From assembly GCA_963803995.1 (NCBI GenBank), contig CAWDOT010000004.1, positions 91,093 to 155,092 of the forward strand: a stretch of DNA of 64,000 nucleotides, read 5' to 3'. How positions within the stretch are numbered: the first letter of the stretch is position 1; every line of letters begins with the position of its first letter. Source of the DNA: an uncultured Acidobacteriota bacterium. Lineage in GTDB: Bacteria; Acidobacteriota; Thermoanaerobaculia; Multivoradales; JAGPDF01. The notes below the pieces were generated by a model. The model saw only the letters and a list, made by a program, of their open reading frames with translations. It was not told where the DNA came from and searched no databases. Of this stretch, positions 47,789-60,582 are shown in pieces. Both the position numbers and the translations under genes were made by a program.

Positions 47789-47820
47789 AAGGGCGCGCCT
47801 CGGCGCGCCTTTCGTCTTTT
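47789..47820 (+). terminator. Rho-independent terminator after ferredoxin
   Basis: AAGGGCGCGCC-TC-GGCGCGCCTTT followed by CGTCTTTTCT. Confidence 0.6.
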
Positions 47821-47877
47821 CTGCGGACGGCGCCCGGGAATGAAGATGCCCCGTCGTTCGTTTAGAAATGTGACAGA

Positions 47878-47917
47878 CTCGCACTCAAGATGTCCTCTTG
47901 AGCCGGGTCCGTGCGAG
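47878..47917. promoter_or_regulatory. Nested inverted repeat upstream of the cbpA-like/clpB heat-shock genes (HAIR-like half-sites)
   Basis: CTCGCAC-TCAAG-ATGTCCT-CTTGA-GCCGGGTCC-GTGCGAG. The inner arms are CTCAAG/CTTGAG with a 7-nt spacer. It is preceded by an AT-rich stretch TTTAGAAATGTGACAGA. Confidence 0.4.
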
Positions 47918-47940
47918 CGCGGACGGAAAGGGCGAACACC

Positions 47941-48906
47941 TTGGATTACAAGGACTACTACGAGATTCTCGGGGTCGGGCGCGACGCCACTTCCGAGGAT
48001 ATCCAGAAGGCCTACCGGAAGCTCGCCCGCAAGTTCCACCCCGACGTCAACAAGAACCCCGGCGCGGAGGCGAAGTTCAAGGAGGTCGCCGAGGCCTACG
48101 AGGTCCTGAAGGACGGCGAGAAACGCTCGAAGTACGACCAGTTCGGCGCCGCCTGGAAGGCGCGCGCGCAGGGAGGCGCCCCCCCTCCGGGCTTCGAGGA
48201 GTTCCGCTTCGACTTCGGGAGCGGCGGCTTCGGCACCGGCTCGTCCGGCTTCTCCCAGTTCTTCGAGTCGCTGTTCGGCGAGGCCGCGAAGCGCGGCGCC
48301 GGCGGGCGCGGCAACTGGGCGCAGTGGACCAACGACGGCCGCGGCGGATGGGCGCGCCCGGGAGCGAACCAGGAGGTCCTGCTCCGCCTGACGCTCGACG
48401 AGGCGGCGCGTGGCGGCGTGCGCGAGCTCGCCCTCCAGTCGCCCGACGGCGAGACGCGCCGGATCCGCGTCAACCTGCCGAAGGGGATCCTCCCGGGTCA
48501 GACGGTGCGCGTCCCCGGACAGGGCGAGAGCGGGCGCGACGGCGGCGCCCACGGCGACCTCCTGCTCCGCGTCGACCTCGCTCCCCACCCTGACTTCCGC
48601 CTGGAGGGGCGCGACCTCCACATGGCACTCGACGTCGCCCCCTGGGAGGCCGCGCTCGGCACCGAGGCGGAGATCCCGACGCTCGACGGCCGCGTCCGGA
48701 TCCGTATCCCTGCGGGAACCTCGTCGGGACGGAAGATCCGGGTCAAGGGCCGGGGCTACCCGGGCGGCTCCGGAGGCGACGGCGGCGATCTCTACGTCGA
48801 GATCCGCATCGTCGTACCGGAGAGCCTCTCCCCGAAGGAGAAGCAGCTCTTCGGCGAGCTGCGCGACAACTCGAGTTTCCGGCCGCGGGGCGAACGCGGC
48901 AGCTGA
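47941..48906 (+). CDS. cbpA: DnaJ-class co-chaperone without zinc finger (CbpA-like); TTG start preferred over track GTG 47911
   Basis: J domain [37 protein letters not shown], a G/F-rich linker, and C-terminal substrate-binding domains (…[22 protein letters not shown]…). Confidence 0.8.
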   Translation: MDYKDYYEILGVGRDATSEDIQKAYRKLARKFHPDVNKNPGAEAKFKEVAEAYEVLKDGEKRSKYDQFGAAWKARAQGGAPPPGFEEFRFDFGSGGFGTGSSGFSQFFESLFGEAAKRGAGGRGNWAQWTNDGRGGWARPGANQEVLLRLTLDEAARGGVRELALQSPDGETRRIRVNLPKGILPGQTVRVPGQGESGRDGGAHGDLLLRVDLAPHPDFRLEGRDLHMALDVAPWEAALGTEAEIPTLDGRVRIRIPAGTSSGRKIRVKGRGYPGGSGGDGGDLYVEIRIVVPESLSPKEKQLFGELRDNSSFRPRGERGS

Positions 48907-48917
48907 GGTGACGCCAG

Positions 48918-51575
<2,658 letters not shown>

Positions 51576-51597
51576 GCCGGCCGGCACCCGATCCGCC

Positions 51598-51870
51598 ATG
51601 GCACCGTTCGCCCTGCTCGCCCTGCTCGCGGCCTCCGTCGCCGCGGTCGCCGTGGGCCTCGGCCTGCTCGCCCGCCGCTCGCGCGGCTGGAGCGACGAGG
51701 AGTACGAGCGCCGGCGCGGAGCGCGCGGCAGTGGCCTGCTGGCCGCGTCGATGAAGGTCCTGGGCGAAGAGCTCGGCCCCGGCGGCAAGCGCGCGGCCGA
51801 GGAGCGCGAGGCGTTCGAGGAGGGCGTCTACCGGACCGGCGCGCGCTCCGGCGAGCCCCCTTCGGAGTGA
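51598..51870 (+). CDS. Small membrane-anchored hypothetical protein
   Basis: N-terminal TM helix (FALLALLAASVAAVAVGLGLLA) followed by a charged tail. I recognise no family. Confidence 0.4.
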   Translation: MAPFALLALLAASVAAVAVGLGLLARRSRGWSDEEYERRRGARGSGLLAASMKVLGEELGPGGKRAAEEREAFEEGVYRTGARSGEPPSE

Positions 51871-51883
51871 CGCCGGCGGCGGC

Positions 51884-52930
51884 TCAGCCGCCGGCGGCGA
51901 CGCCGGTGTCGGCCGCTGCGAGCGCCGGGGCGGACAGATCGCGGAACGAGATCATCGTCCGGCGCTGCTCGTCCCAGAGGCGCAGGCGCGCGCAGCGCAG
52001 GCTCTGGCGGACGGTGAGGCGGGTCGCCCGCTGCAGCGCGGGGTTCTCGTCGAAGCAGGCGGCCAGCCGGTAGTTCGGGATCTGGCTCGCCAGGTGGTGG
52101 ATGTGGTGGTAGCCGATGTTGCCGGTCAGCCAGTGGCCGACGCGGCCGAGGTCGTAGAACGAGCTGCCGTGCGCGCCGGCGCGGTAGAAGTCCCACGCCT
52201 CCTCGTGCTCCCAGTAGGTGTCCTCGAACTGGTGCTGGACGTAGAAGAGCCAGACGCCGAGCGCGCCGGCGACGACGATGATCGGCGCCTGCACCATGAG
52301 GACCGTCCGCCAGCCCAGCGCGAGGATCGCGCCCGAGTAGACGGCGGCGAGCGCGAGGTTGGTCTTCAGAACGCTCAGCCACTCCCGCTTCCAGGCGAAG
52401 GGCAGGTCGAAGGGGAAACGGTGCTTCAGGACGAACTGGTAGCTGGGGCCGATCGCGAACATCACCAGCGGGCTGCGGTAGAGCCGGTACAGGAGGCGGC
52501 GGAGAGGCGAAAGCGCGCGGTACTCCGCGACCGTGATCGTCACGATGTCGCCGAACTCGCGGTCGTCGAGATTGCCGGAGGTCGCGTGGTGGACGGCGTG
52601 GGTCTTCTTCCAGTAGCCGTAAGGGAAGAGGGTGACCACCCCGAGCAGGCCGCCCAGCAGGTTGTTGGCCCGCCGCGAGGGGAAGAAGGAGCCGTGGCCG
52701 CAGTCGTGCTGGAAGATGAACAGGCGGATGAAGAAGAAGGCGGCCGGCACGGCGAGCGGGAGCACCGCCCACCAGGCGCCCCGCGTCGCCGCGTACGCCA
52801 TCAGGCCCCAGAGCAGCGCGAAGGGCAGCGCGGTGTTCGCCAGCTGGGTGAGCGCCGGGCCCCAGGCGGCCTGCTTGTAGGGCGCGAGCAGCGCGCGCCA
52901 GTTCTTCTCGTCGCGGAGGGTCTCGTCCAT
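51884..52930 (-). CDS. Membrane fatty-acid desaturase
   Basis: Three His boxes: HDCGH, HAVHH, HHIHH. 348 aa, uninterrupted. Confidence 0.85.
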   Translation of the reverse strand: MDETLRDEKNWRALLAPYKQAAWGPALTQLANTALPFALLWGLMAYAATRGAWWAVLPLAVPAAFFFIRLFIFQHDCGHGSFFPSRRANNLLGGLLGVVTLFPYGYWKKTHAVHHATSGNLDDREFGDIVTITVAEYRALSPLRRLLYRLYRSPLVMFAIGPSYQFVLKHRFPFDLPFAWKREWLSVLKTNLALAAVYSGAILALGWRTVLMVQAPIIVVAGALGVWLFYVQHQFEDTYWEHEEAWDFYRAGAHGSSFYDLGRVGHWLTGNIGYHHIHHLASQIPNYRLAACFDENPALQRATRLTVRQSLRCARLRLWDEQRRTMISFRDLSAPALAAADTGVAAGG

Positions 52931-53036
52931 GGCTCCGGAGTATGCCCGGCTCCGGGCGCCCACGCGGTCAGGATTCCGTCAGGAATTCGTCGCCCGGCGG
53001 CGCCCCGCCGCACGATCGAGCCCGTCCCGGCTTAGC

Positions 53037-53985
53037 ATGGAGCCGATGAAGCTGCGCCGCTCGACCCAGCTGGTCACCATGTACGTGCTCTCGCTCGGAG
53101 CGACCATCGCGCTGCTGGTCGTCTGGGTGGTCTACCTGGTCCGCGCGGGCTCCCGCAGCGCCGCGGCGAGCCTCACCGCGGCGGGAATCAACTGGCTCTT
53201 GCTCACGGTCGGCTGCGTGCTCCTCTTCTTCGTCATCGTCGCCCTCACCTACCAGCTCGCCCAGGCCTTCGCGGCGCGGCGCTACGCCCTCAAGCAGGAG
53301 GAGTTCCTCTCCAACGTGACCCACGAGCTGAAATCGCCGCTGGCGGCGATCAAGCTGCACGCGCAGACGCTGCAGCAGCCGGACGAGCTGGCGACCGAGA
53401 CCCGCCGCCGCTTCGCCTCCACCATCGAGCAGCAGGCGGACCGGATGGGCGCCCTGGTCGATTCGGTGCTCGAGAGCAGCCGCCTGCTGGCGCGCAGGCG
53501 GCGCCCGCCGGATCTCCAGCCGGTCGACCTCTCGGAGTTCGCGGCCCGCTACGTCGAGTCCGCGGCGGCGCAGGCGGAGAGCCGCGGCATCCGGCTCGCC
53601 GCGCGAGATCGACGCCGGCGCCCGGGTGCTCGGCAGCGAGGAGGCGCTGCGCCGCGTCTTCGACAACCTGATCGAAAACGCCGTGCGCCATTCGCCGCCG
53701 GGCGGCGAGGTGCGCTGCCGGGTCTCGACCCGGCGCGAGAGCGTCCGCATCGAGGTCGAGGACGAAGGCACCGGCATCCCCAAGCGCGACCTGCCACGCA
53801 TCTTCGATCGCTTCTACCAGGGCGGCCGCCCGGGCGGGCCGCACCGGCGCGGCACCGGTCTCGGCCTGTCGATCGTCGCCGGCCTGGTGCGCGAGATGCG
53901 CGGCAGCGTGACCGCCCACTCGCAGGAGGGGCGGCCCGGCACGCTCCTGGTGATCGACCTGCCGCTCGCCGGAGGACCGTCGTGA
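53037..53985 (+). pseudogene. Sensor histidine kinase; one frame switch near 53604 as assembled
   Basis: Two TM helices, H-box FLSNVTHELKSPL, then after the shift N-box NLIENAVRHSPPGG and G-boxes DEGTGIP and GTGLGLSIV. Confidence 0.8.
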
Positions 53986-54698
53986 GCGAGCCGGGCCTCG
54001 CCCGCGTGCTGGTCGTCGAGGACGACGAGGCGATCGCCCAGGGGCTGGTCTTCAACCTCGAGCGCAAGGGCTATCGGGTCGAGGCCTCGGCCGACGGCGC
54101 CGACGCCCTCGAACGGATCCGCGGCACCCGTTACGACCTCGTGCTGCTCGACGTGCGCCTCCCCTCGCTCGACGGCTTCGAGGTCTGCCGCCGGCTCCGG
54201 CAGGCGGGCGACTACACCCCGATCCTCATGCTGACCGCCCGCGCCCAGCCCGACGACGTCATCTTCGGCTTGAAGAGCGGCGCCGACGACTACGTGGTCA
54301 AGCCGTTCGATCTCGCCGAGCTGCTGGCGCGGGTCGAGGGACTGCTGCGCCGCCAGAGCTGGACGCGGCAGAGCGGCGCCGGCGCCGGAACGGAGGGGCG
54401 CCGCCACGAGTTCGGCGACTTCTGGATCGACTTCGAGACCTTCGAGGCGGGCACCCGCCACGGCGTCGCGCAGCTCTCGCAGAAGGAGCTCGAGGTGATG
54501 CGGCTCTTCCTGGCGCGGCCGAACCAGGTCGTCACCCGGCGCGAGCTGCTCACCGAGGTCTGGCGGCTCCCCCAGCACCCGAACGAACGCGTGGTCGACA
54601 ACGTGATCGTCGCGCTGCGCCAGTATTTCGAGGAGGACTCGCTGCGCCCGCGCCACATCCTCTCCGTGCGCGGCGTCGGCTATCGCTTCGTGCCCTGA
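53982..54698 (+). CDS. OmpR-family response regulator
   Basis: GTGA overlap with the kinase. Receiver motifs VVEDD, LVLLDVRLP, VVKPF. Winged-helix end SVRGVGYRF. Confidence 0.85.
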   Translation: MSEPGLARVLVVEDDEAIAQGLVFNLERKGYRVEASADGADALERIRGTRYDLVLLDVRLPSLDGFEVCRRLRQAGDYTPILMLTARAQPDDVIFGLKSGADDYVVKPFDLAELLARVEGLLRRQSWTRQSGAGAGTEGRRHEFGDFWIDFETFEAGTRHGVAQLSQKELEVMRLFLARPNQVVTRRELLTEVWRLPQHPNERVVDNVIVALRQYFEEDSLRPRHILSVRGVGYRFVP

Positions 54699-54729
54699 CC
54701 CGGCCGCGGGTGCGCTACGCTTCCGCCGA

Positions 54730-57013
54730 GTGCCCGAAGCGCTGCGCTACTACCTCGCCGTACAGCTCGCCGCCGCGGCTTTCCTGCCCCTGGCCGCGCG
54801 GCTCTTCCGCCGTTCCCCCGACCGGGGCTGGGCGCTCGCCAAGCCGCTCGGCGTCTTCGCGCTCGCGCTCGCCGACCGCTGGCTCTTCGCTTCCGGATTG
54901 CTCGACGCCCCGCCGGCGACGCGCACGCGCGCCCTGCTCGTCCTGCTCCTCGCCGGCGCGGCCGCGACTCTCGCCGAGCCCCGCCGGCGCCGCTGGCTCG
55001 CCGCGCTCGTCATGTCGCGCGGACGGGCGCTTCTCGCTGTCGAGGCGATCTTCCTCTTCGCCTTGGCGGGCGGGCTGCTGCTGCGTTCGCTCGACCCCGG
55101 CGCCGGCCACACCGAACAGCCGATGGACCTGATGCAGCTCGCCAACGAGCTCGACGCGCCGGCCTGGCCGCCGCTCGACCCCTGGCTCGCCGGCGTGCCG
55201 GTCGGCTACTACACCCTCGGCCACGGCGCGGCCGCGGCGCTCGCGCGCGTGGCCGGCGTGCCGGCCGGCATCGCCTACAACCTCGCGCTCGCGGCCTGGT
55301 TCGCGCTCGCCGCCGTCGCGCTCGCGGGCGTCGGTTTCGCGCTCACGCGGTGGACGGGCCGCGGCCGGAGGCTCCGCGCGCTCGCGCTGCCGCTCGCCGC
55401 GCCGCTCGTGCTGGTCGCCGCCAACCCGCGGGCCGTGCTCGACGCGCTGCATCGCCTCGGCGGGATCGCGTCCGGGGTCGTCCGCACCGACTGGTGGTGG
55501 TGGCGCTCGAGCCGCCTGGTGTTCGACGCGGCGGCGCCCCCCGGGCTGCGCGAGGTGATCTCGGAGTTCCCGCAGTTCGCCTTCGTCGTCGGCGACCTTC
55601 ATCCGCACCTTCTGGCGCTGCCGCTCGTCCTGCTCGCCGCCGGGCTCGCGCTCGCCTGCGCGCGCGCGCCGCGCCTGCGGTCCGCCGAGCTCGCGGCCGC
55701 CGCCCTCGTCGCCGGCGCCGCCGTCGCCACCAACAGCTGGGACCTGCCGCTCGTCCTGCTGCTCCTCGCGGGCGGTGCGGCGCTCGGCGGCCTGGACCGG
55801 AACGAGCGCCTCGGCCGCGCGCTGCGGATCGCCGGCGCCGCGCTCGCCGGCGGCGCGCTCGTCGCGCTCCCCCACCTCGCGGTCGCCGACGCTCCGATCT
55901 CCGCCCTGGTGGTCAACGGCCGGACCCCGAGCTCGCCCGCCGAGCTCGGCGCCCTGTTCGGCGCGCTGCTGCCCGGGCTCGCGCTGCTCTTCGCCGCGGA
56001 GCTCGCCGCGCGCCCCGCGGCGCGGCGGCGCGCGCTCGCCGGAGCGCTCGCCGGCGCCCTCGTAGCGATCCTGCTGCCCGCGCTCGCGGCCGCGCTCGCG
56101 GCGGCGCCCGGCGCGGGAGGGCTCGAGCGCGCGGACGCCGCGTCGGCGACCTCGGTCGCGGGCGCGCTCGCCGAAAGGGGGTTGCCGGGCGCGCTCGCGG
56201 CCGCGCTCGCGGGAGCGCTGGCGGTCGGAGCCGCCGCGCTCGCCAGCCGCGGCCGCGAGCCGGCGGCCGGCGAACGGATCTCGACCGGCGCCGCCCTTCT
56301 CCTCGTCGCGGTGGGCGCCGCCCTGGTCACCGGCGCCGAGCTCTTCTTCCTGCGCGACACCTTCGGCACCCGGCTCAACACGCTCTTCAAGCTGCACGCG
56401 GGCGCGTGGCCGCTGCTCGCGCTGGGCGCGGTGGCGGGCGCCCTCGCCGCGCGTCGTCGCGGCCCACGATGGGCGGCGGCGGGGGTCGTCGCGCTGGCGG
56501 CGATCGCCGGCGGCGCGCTGTTCGGCGGCACCGTCGCACTGGAGCGGGCGCTGGTCGCCGGACGCCCTGTCGCTCGACGCGCTCGCGCCGCTCGCCGATT
56601 CCGCTCCCGACGAGCTCGCGGCGATCCGCTGGGTGCGCGACTTCGTGCCGCGCGACGCGCGCCTGCTCGAAGCGCCGGGCGAGAGCTACCGGCCGGAGCA
56701 GAGCCGGATCTCCGCGGCCACCGCGCGCGCGACGCTGCTCGGCTGGCGCAACCACGAGCTGCAGTGGCGCGGCCGGCGCTACGCGGCCCTCGCCGCCGGC
56801 CGCGAGGCGGCCGCCGCCGAGATCTACGCCGGCGTGTCGGTCGCGGCGAAGGCCGACGCGATGGCGCGCTTCGCCCTCGACTACGTGCTCGTCGGCCCGG
56901 TCGAGCGTGCGCGCTACGACGTCTCGCCGGCGAGCGAGCGGGCGCTCGCCGCCGTTGCCGAGCGGGTCTTCGCGCGCGGCGAGGTCGCGATCTGGAGGCG
57001 ACGGACGCCGTGA
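54730..57013 (+). pseudogene. DUF2298 / TIGR03662 (Chlor_Arch_YYY)-type large polytopic membrane protein; one frame switch near 56560 as assembled
   Basis: More than 12 TM helices, the signature ISEFPQFAFVVGDLHPHLLALP, and a C-terminal soluble part readable after the shift (SLDALAPLA...LLEAPGESYRPEQSRISAATARATLLGWRNHELQWRG). Confidence 0.6.
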
Positions 57014-59167
57014 GCGCCGACATCTCCGCCACCGCCCGCACCGACCGGCTCGAGCGCGCCGCCTGGCTCGCGCTGCTCGCGCTCGCCGCGCTCTGGCGCT
57101 TCGCCGACCTCGGCACGCGCGCCATGAGCCACGACGAGAGCCTGCACGCCTACTACTCGTGGCGCTACGCCGAGCTCGGCGAGTACGCGCACGATCCGCT
57201 CCTCCATGGCCCCTTCCTGTTCCACGTCCAGGCGCTCGTCTTCCTGCTCTTCGGCGACGGCGACTCGACCGCGCGCCTGCTGCCGGCGGCCGCCGGGGTC
57301 CTGCTGGTCGGCGCGCCCTGGCTCTTCCGGCGCGAGCTCGGGCGGCGCGGCGCGCTCGCCGCGGGCGCGCTGCTGCTCGCCTCGCCGGCGGTCGCCTTCT
57401 ACTCGCGCTACCTGCGCAACGACGTCTGGTGCGCGCTCTTCGCGCTGCTCTGGGCGCGCGCGCTGCTCGACTACCGGGAGCGCGGCGCGCCCGCCGCTCT
57501 CTCCCGCATGGCGCTCGCGATGGCGCTCTCCTTCGCCGCCAAGGAGGTCGCGTACCTGACCGGCGCCGGGTTCGGAGCGATCTGCCTGGTCGCCGCGGTC
57601 GCGCAGATCTCCGCCGCGCCGGCGCGCTGGCGCGAGTGCCGCTGGCTCGACCTCGCCGCCGTCCAGCTCGCGCTGGTCGCGCCCTACCTCGCCGCGTTCG
57701 GCAGGCTCGCGACGGGCGCCGATCCCGCCGACTTCGACGCCCCGGGCGCGACGGCGGGCGCCGTCACCTGGGGCGCCGCGTTCGCCGCGCTCGGGCTGGC
57801 CGCCGCGCTCGCCTGGTTCCGCGCCGCGGGACGGGAGCTCACCCGCAACCTCCTCGCCGCCTTCGGGATCTTCTGGGGGCTCCTGCTGCCGCTCTACACC
57901 AGCCTAGGCAGCCGCCTCGGGCGGGGTCTCGCGAGCGGCATCGCCGGCTCGCTCGGCTACTGGCTGGCCCAGCACGGCGTCGAGCGCGGCGGACAGCCCG
58001 TCTTCTTCTACGCCCTGCTCGCGCTCCTCTACGAGCCGCTGGTCTGGGCGCTGTCGCTCGCCGCCGCCCTGGCCCTGCTGCTCCGCCTGCGGCGGCCGGC
58101 GCCCGCGGCCGGCGGCGCCGGACCGGCGAGCGCGCTCGGCGAGCGGACCGCGCTCGTCCTCGCGCTCTGGTCGGCGGCGGCCTGGCTCGGCTACTCCCTC
58201 GCCGGCGAGCGGATGCCCTGGCTGCTGGTGCACATCGTGGTGCCCGGAGCGCTGCTCGCCGGGTGGTGGCTCGACGGCCGCCTGCCGCGGCAGACGACGC
58301 CGGCCGAAGCGCGGCGGATCGCTGGCCTCGCGCTCGGGATCGCCGCCGCCACGCTGCTCGCCGCCGGGCTCGTCGCGCACACCGCGCCGGGTCCCGCGCG
58401 CCTCACGCGCGGCGCGCTGCTCGCGGCGCTGGTCGCGGGCGGCCTCGCGTGGCTGGCGGTCGAGGCGCGGCGCGTCGGGCGTCCGGCCACCCGCCGCCTC
58501 GCCCTGCTCGGACTGGGCGGCGCCGCGTACCTCCTCGTCGCGCGCACCGCGCTCGTCGCCTGCTTCGCCCACGCCGAGCTCGCCGTCGAACCGCTGGTCT
58601 ACGCGCACGGCACGCCCGCGGTGAAGCCGGCGCTGGCCGAGCTCGAGAGCGTCAGCCGGCGGCTTGCCGGCGGCCTCGACCTCGAGGTCGCCTACGACTT
58701 CGAGACCTCGTGGCCGATGGCCTGGTACCTGCGCCACTTCCCGCGCGCGCACGGCTTCACCGCCCCGCCGGACGAGCACGCCCTCGACGCCCCCGCCCTG
58801 CTGCTCGGCGACGGCGCCGAGCGCGCCGCCGGCGAGCGCATCGCGGAACGGCTCGCGGGCCGCGCCCGCATCCCCTTCGACCTGCTCTGGTGGCCGGTCG
58901 ACACCTACCGCGGCTGGGGCCCCGCCGACCTCGCGCAGAAGGCGACCGAGCCCGGAGAGCCTGCGCCGCGCCGTCGCCTTCTGGTTCTTCCGCGAGCTGC
59001 CCGGCGTCGCCCTCGACCCCTGGCCCTTGCGCAAGAGCGCGGTGCTCTACCTGCCGGAGCGCCTCCGGCTCGACCCGGCGCCGCCGGCAGGAGCCTCCGA
59101 GCCGGCCGAGCCGCCGCTCGACAGCACGCAGGACGTCGACCCGGGGCCGGCGCGCCCCGGCGACTAG
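57010..59167 (+). pseudogene. TIGR03663-type polytopic membrane protein (GT-C/ArnT-PMT-like fold); one frame switch near 58950 as assembled
   Basis: GTGA overlap with the DUF2298 gene. N-terminal RFADLGTRAMSHDESLHAYYSW...GPFLFH is typical of GT-C glycosyltransferase-like proteins. Many TM helices. Confidence 0.55.
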
Positions 59168-60582
59168 AGAGGGCTCTTCACTTCGATCGGGGCGGCGAGC
59201 GCGCCCGCGTTGACCCAGTCGGGATGGTCGAGGGTCGGCTCGTCGCCGACGCCGAGCAGGCGCTCGATCGCTTCCACGCCCTGCATGTAGGAGTGGTCCT
59301 GGTTGGAGACCTCGTAGCGCCAGGCGCCGAAGCGGCCGCGGGGCAGGACGCCGTGCGTCTCGAAGGCCGGGCGGAGCGCGGCGAGCGCCTCGTCGCGGCC
59401 GAGGTAGGGGGTCGGGTAGCCGTGCTCCTCGCGCCGGTGCCAGAGGCTCACGACCTCCGCCTCCAAGGGCACGAGCCCGTCGGCGCGCAGCGCGGCCAGC
59501 GTGTCGGCCGCCACTCGCGCGGCGTCGACCGGGCGGTGGGCGCTCTCGCAGACCTCGGCCATCAGCGACCAGCAGCCCGGCTCCGGCACGTGGTGCGGCG
59601 AGTAGTTCGAGAAGACGGTGACCCGGAAGTAGGGGCTCGCCGGCTCCGGAAAGTAGATCCAGCACTTGGTGGCGAGGCTCTCCGGGCGCGCGCCGGCGAG
59701 ACCGACGCCGACCACGTGCACCGCGCTCTTCGTCAGCGTCGAGGCGGCGGCGCGCGCCGGGGCGTCGAGACCCTCGGCGAGCGCGGCGAGGCGGTCGAGC
59801 GGCAGCGCCGCGATCGCGTGGTCGAAGCGGAGCGGCTCGCCGCCTTCGAGCCAGGCCGTGCGGGCGCGCAGGTCGAGCCGGACTAAGCGGGCGCCGAAGC
59901 GGAGGCGGTCGGCCGGGAGCGCGCGCGCGACGGCCTCCCAGATCGCCCCGGTGCCGCCGGAGAGCGGGAAGCGGAAGCGCCGGTTGGGTCCCCAGCCGAC
60001 GTCGTCGCGCCGCTCGGCGAGGTTCCGGCGCGCCCGCTCGACGTCGGGCACGGCGACGCGATCGCCCATCCAGGAGGTGCCGAGACGTTCGAGCGGGTGT
60101 CCCCAGACCTTGAGGTTGTAGGGGCGCAGGAAGATCCCGGCGAGGCCGGCGCCGAAGGTTCGGTCGATCCACTCGCCGAAATCGCGCGCCGGGCGCTCGA
60201 GCGGGCGCGCGGCGGCGGCCTCCAGTCCGGCCAGGCAGCGCCGCGCCTCCGCCTCCGGCAGCCGGTGCAGGTTGTGCTGGAACGGGTAGGGCACGAAGCG
60301 CCCCGCGAGATGGATCCAGGACTCCCGGTCGTGCCAGAGCCAGGCGTCGCCGAGCGCGCGATCGAGCGCCCGGTCGTAGCGCTCGTAGTGGCTGAACTGG
60401 ACGTGACCGCCGAGGTCCCAGGTGAAGCCCCGCTCGTCGACGTAGCTCGCGGCGAGCCCGCCCGGCCGTTCGCGCGCCTCGACCAGCAGCCAGTCCGGGT
60501 GCCCGGCCTCGACCAGGCGCTCCGCCGCGCCGAGCCCGGTCGGGCCGGCGCCGACGATCAGGATCCGCCCGGGGTCACGCAC
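59164..60582 (-). CDS. glf: FAD-dependent UDP-galactopyranose mutase-like oxidoreductase (eukaryote-type UGM relatives)
   Basis: Rossmann ILIVGAGPTGLGAA. The block FTWDLGGHVQFSHYERYDRALD...GRFVPYPFQHNLHRLP resembles (from memory) fungal/protozoan UGM. The GTG start overlaps the GT2 stop by 8 nt. Confidence 0.55.
   Translation of the reverse strand: MRDPGRILIVGAGPTGLGAAERLVEAGHPDWLLVEARERPGGLAASYVDERGFTWDLGGHVQFSHYERYDRALDRALGDAWLWHDRESWIHLAGRFVPYPFQHNLHRLPEAEARRCLAGLEAAAARPLERPARDFGEWIDRTFGAGLAGIFLRPYNLKVWGHPLERLGTSWMGDRVAVPDVERARRNLAERRDDVGWGPNRRFRFPLSGGTGAIWEAVARALPADRLRFGARLVRLDLRARTAWLEGGEPLRFDHAIAALPLDRLAALAEGLDAPARAAASTLTKSAVHVVGVGLAGARPESLATKCWIYFPEPASPYFRVTVFSNYSPHHVPEPGCWSLMAEVCESAHRPVDAARVAADTLAALRADGLVPLEAEVVSLWHRREEHGYPTPYLGRDEALAALRPAFETHGVLPRGRFGAWRYEVSNQDHSYMQGVEAIERLLGVGDEPTLDHPDWVNAGALAAPIEVKSPL

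Noticed and set aside
47860-47917. A CIRCE (HrcA) operator upstream of the chaperone genes.
   Set aside because: The sequence contains GCACTC but lacks the TTAGCACTC-N9-GAGTGCTAA arrangement. The repeat present fits HspR-type half-sites better, and even that fit is imperfect.
47911-47940. GTG 47911 as the start of the DnaJ-class gene.
   Set aside because: It adds 10 non-conserved residues before the J domain and lies inside the inverted repeat. TTG 47941 gives the canonical M[11 protein letters not shown] spacing. This is uncertain, because non-ATG starts cannot be proven from sequence.
54715-59213. Overlapping long ORFs (54715-56397 -, 55350-59213 +, 55599-57125 -) across the DUF2298/TIGR03663 genes.
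   Set aside because: These are the same GC artefact. Only the frame that encodes hydrophobic TM helices and the DUF2298 signature is credible.
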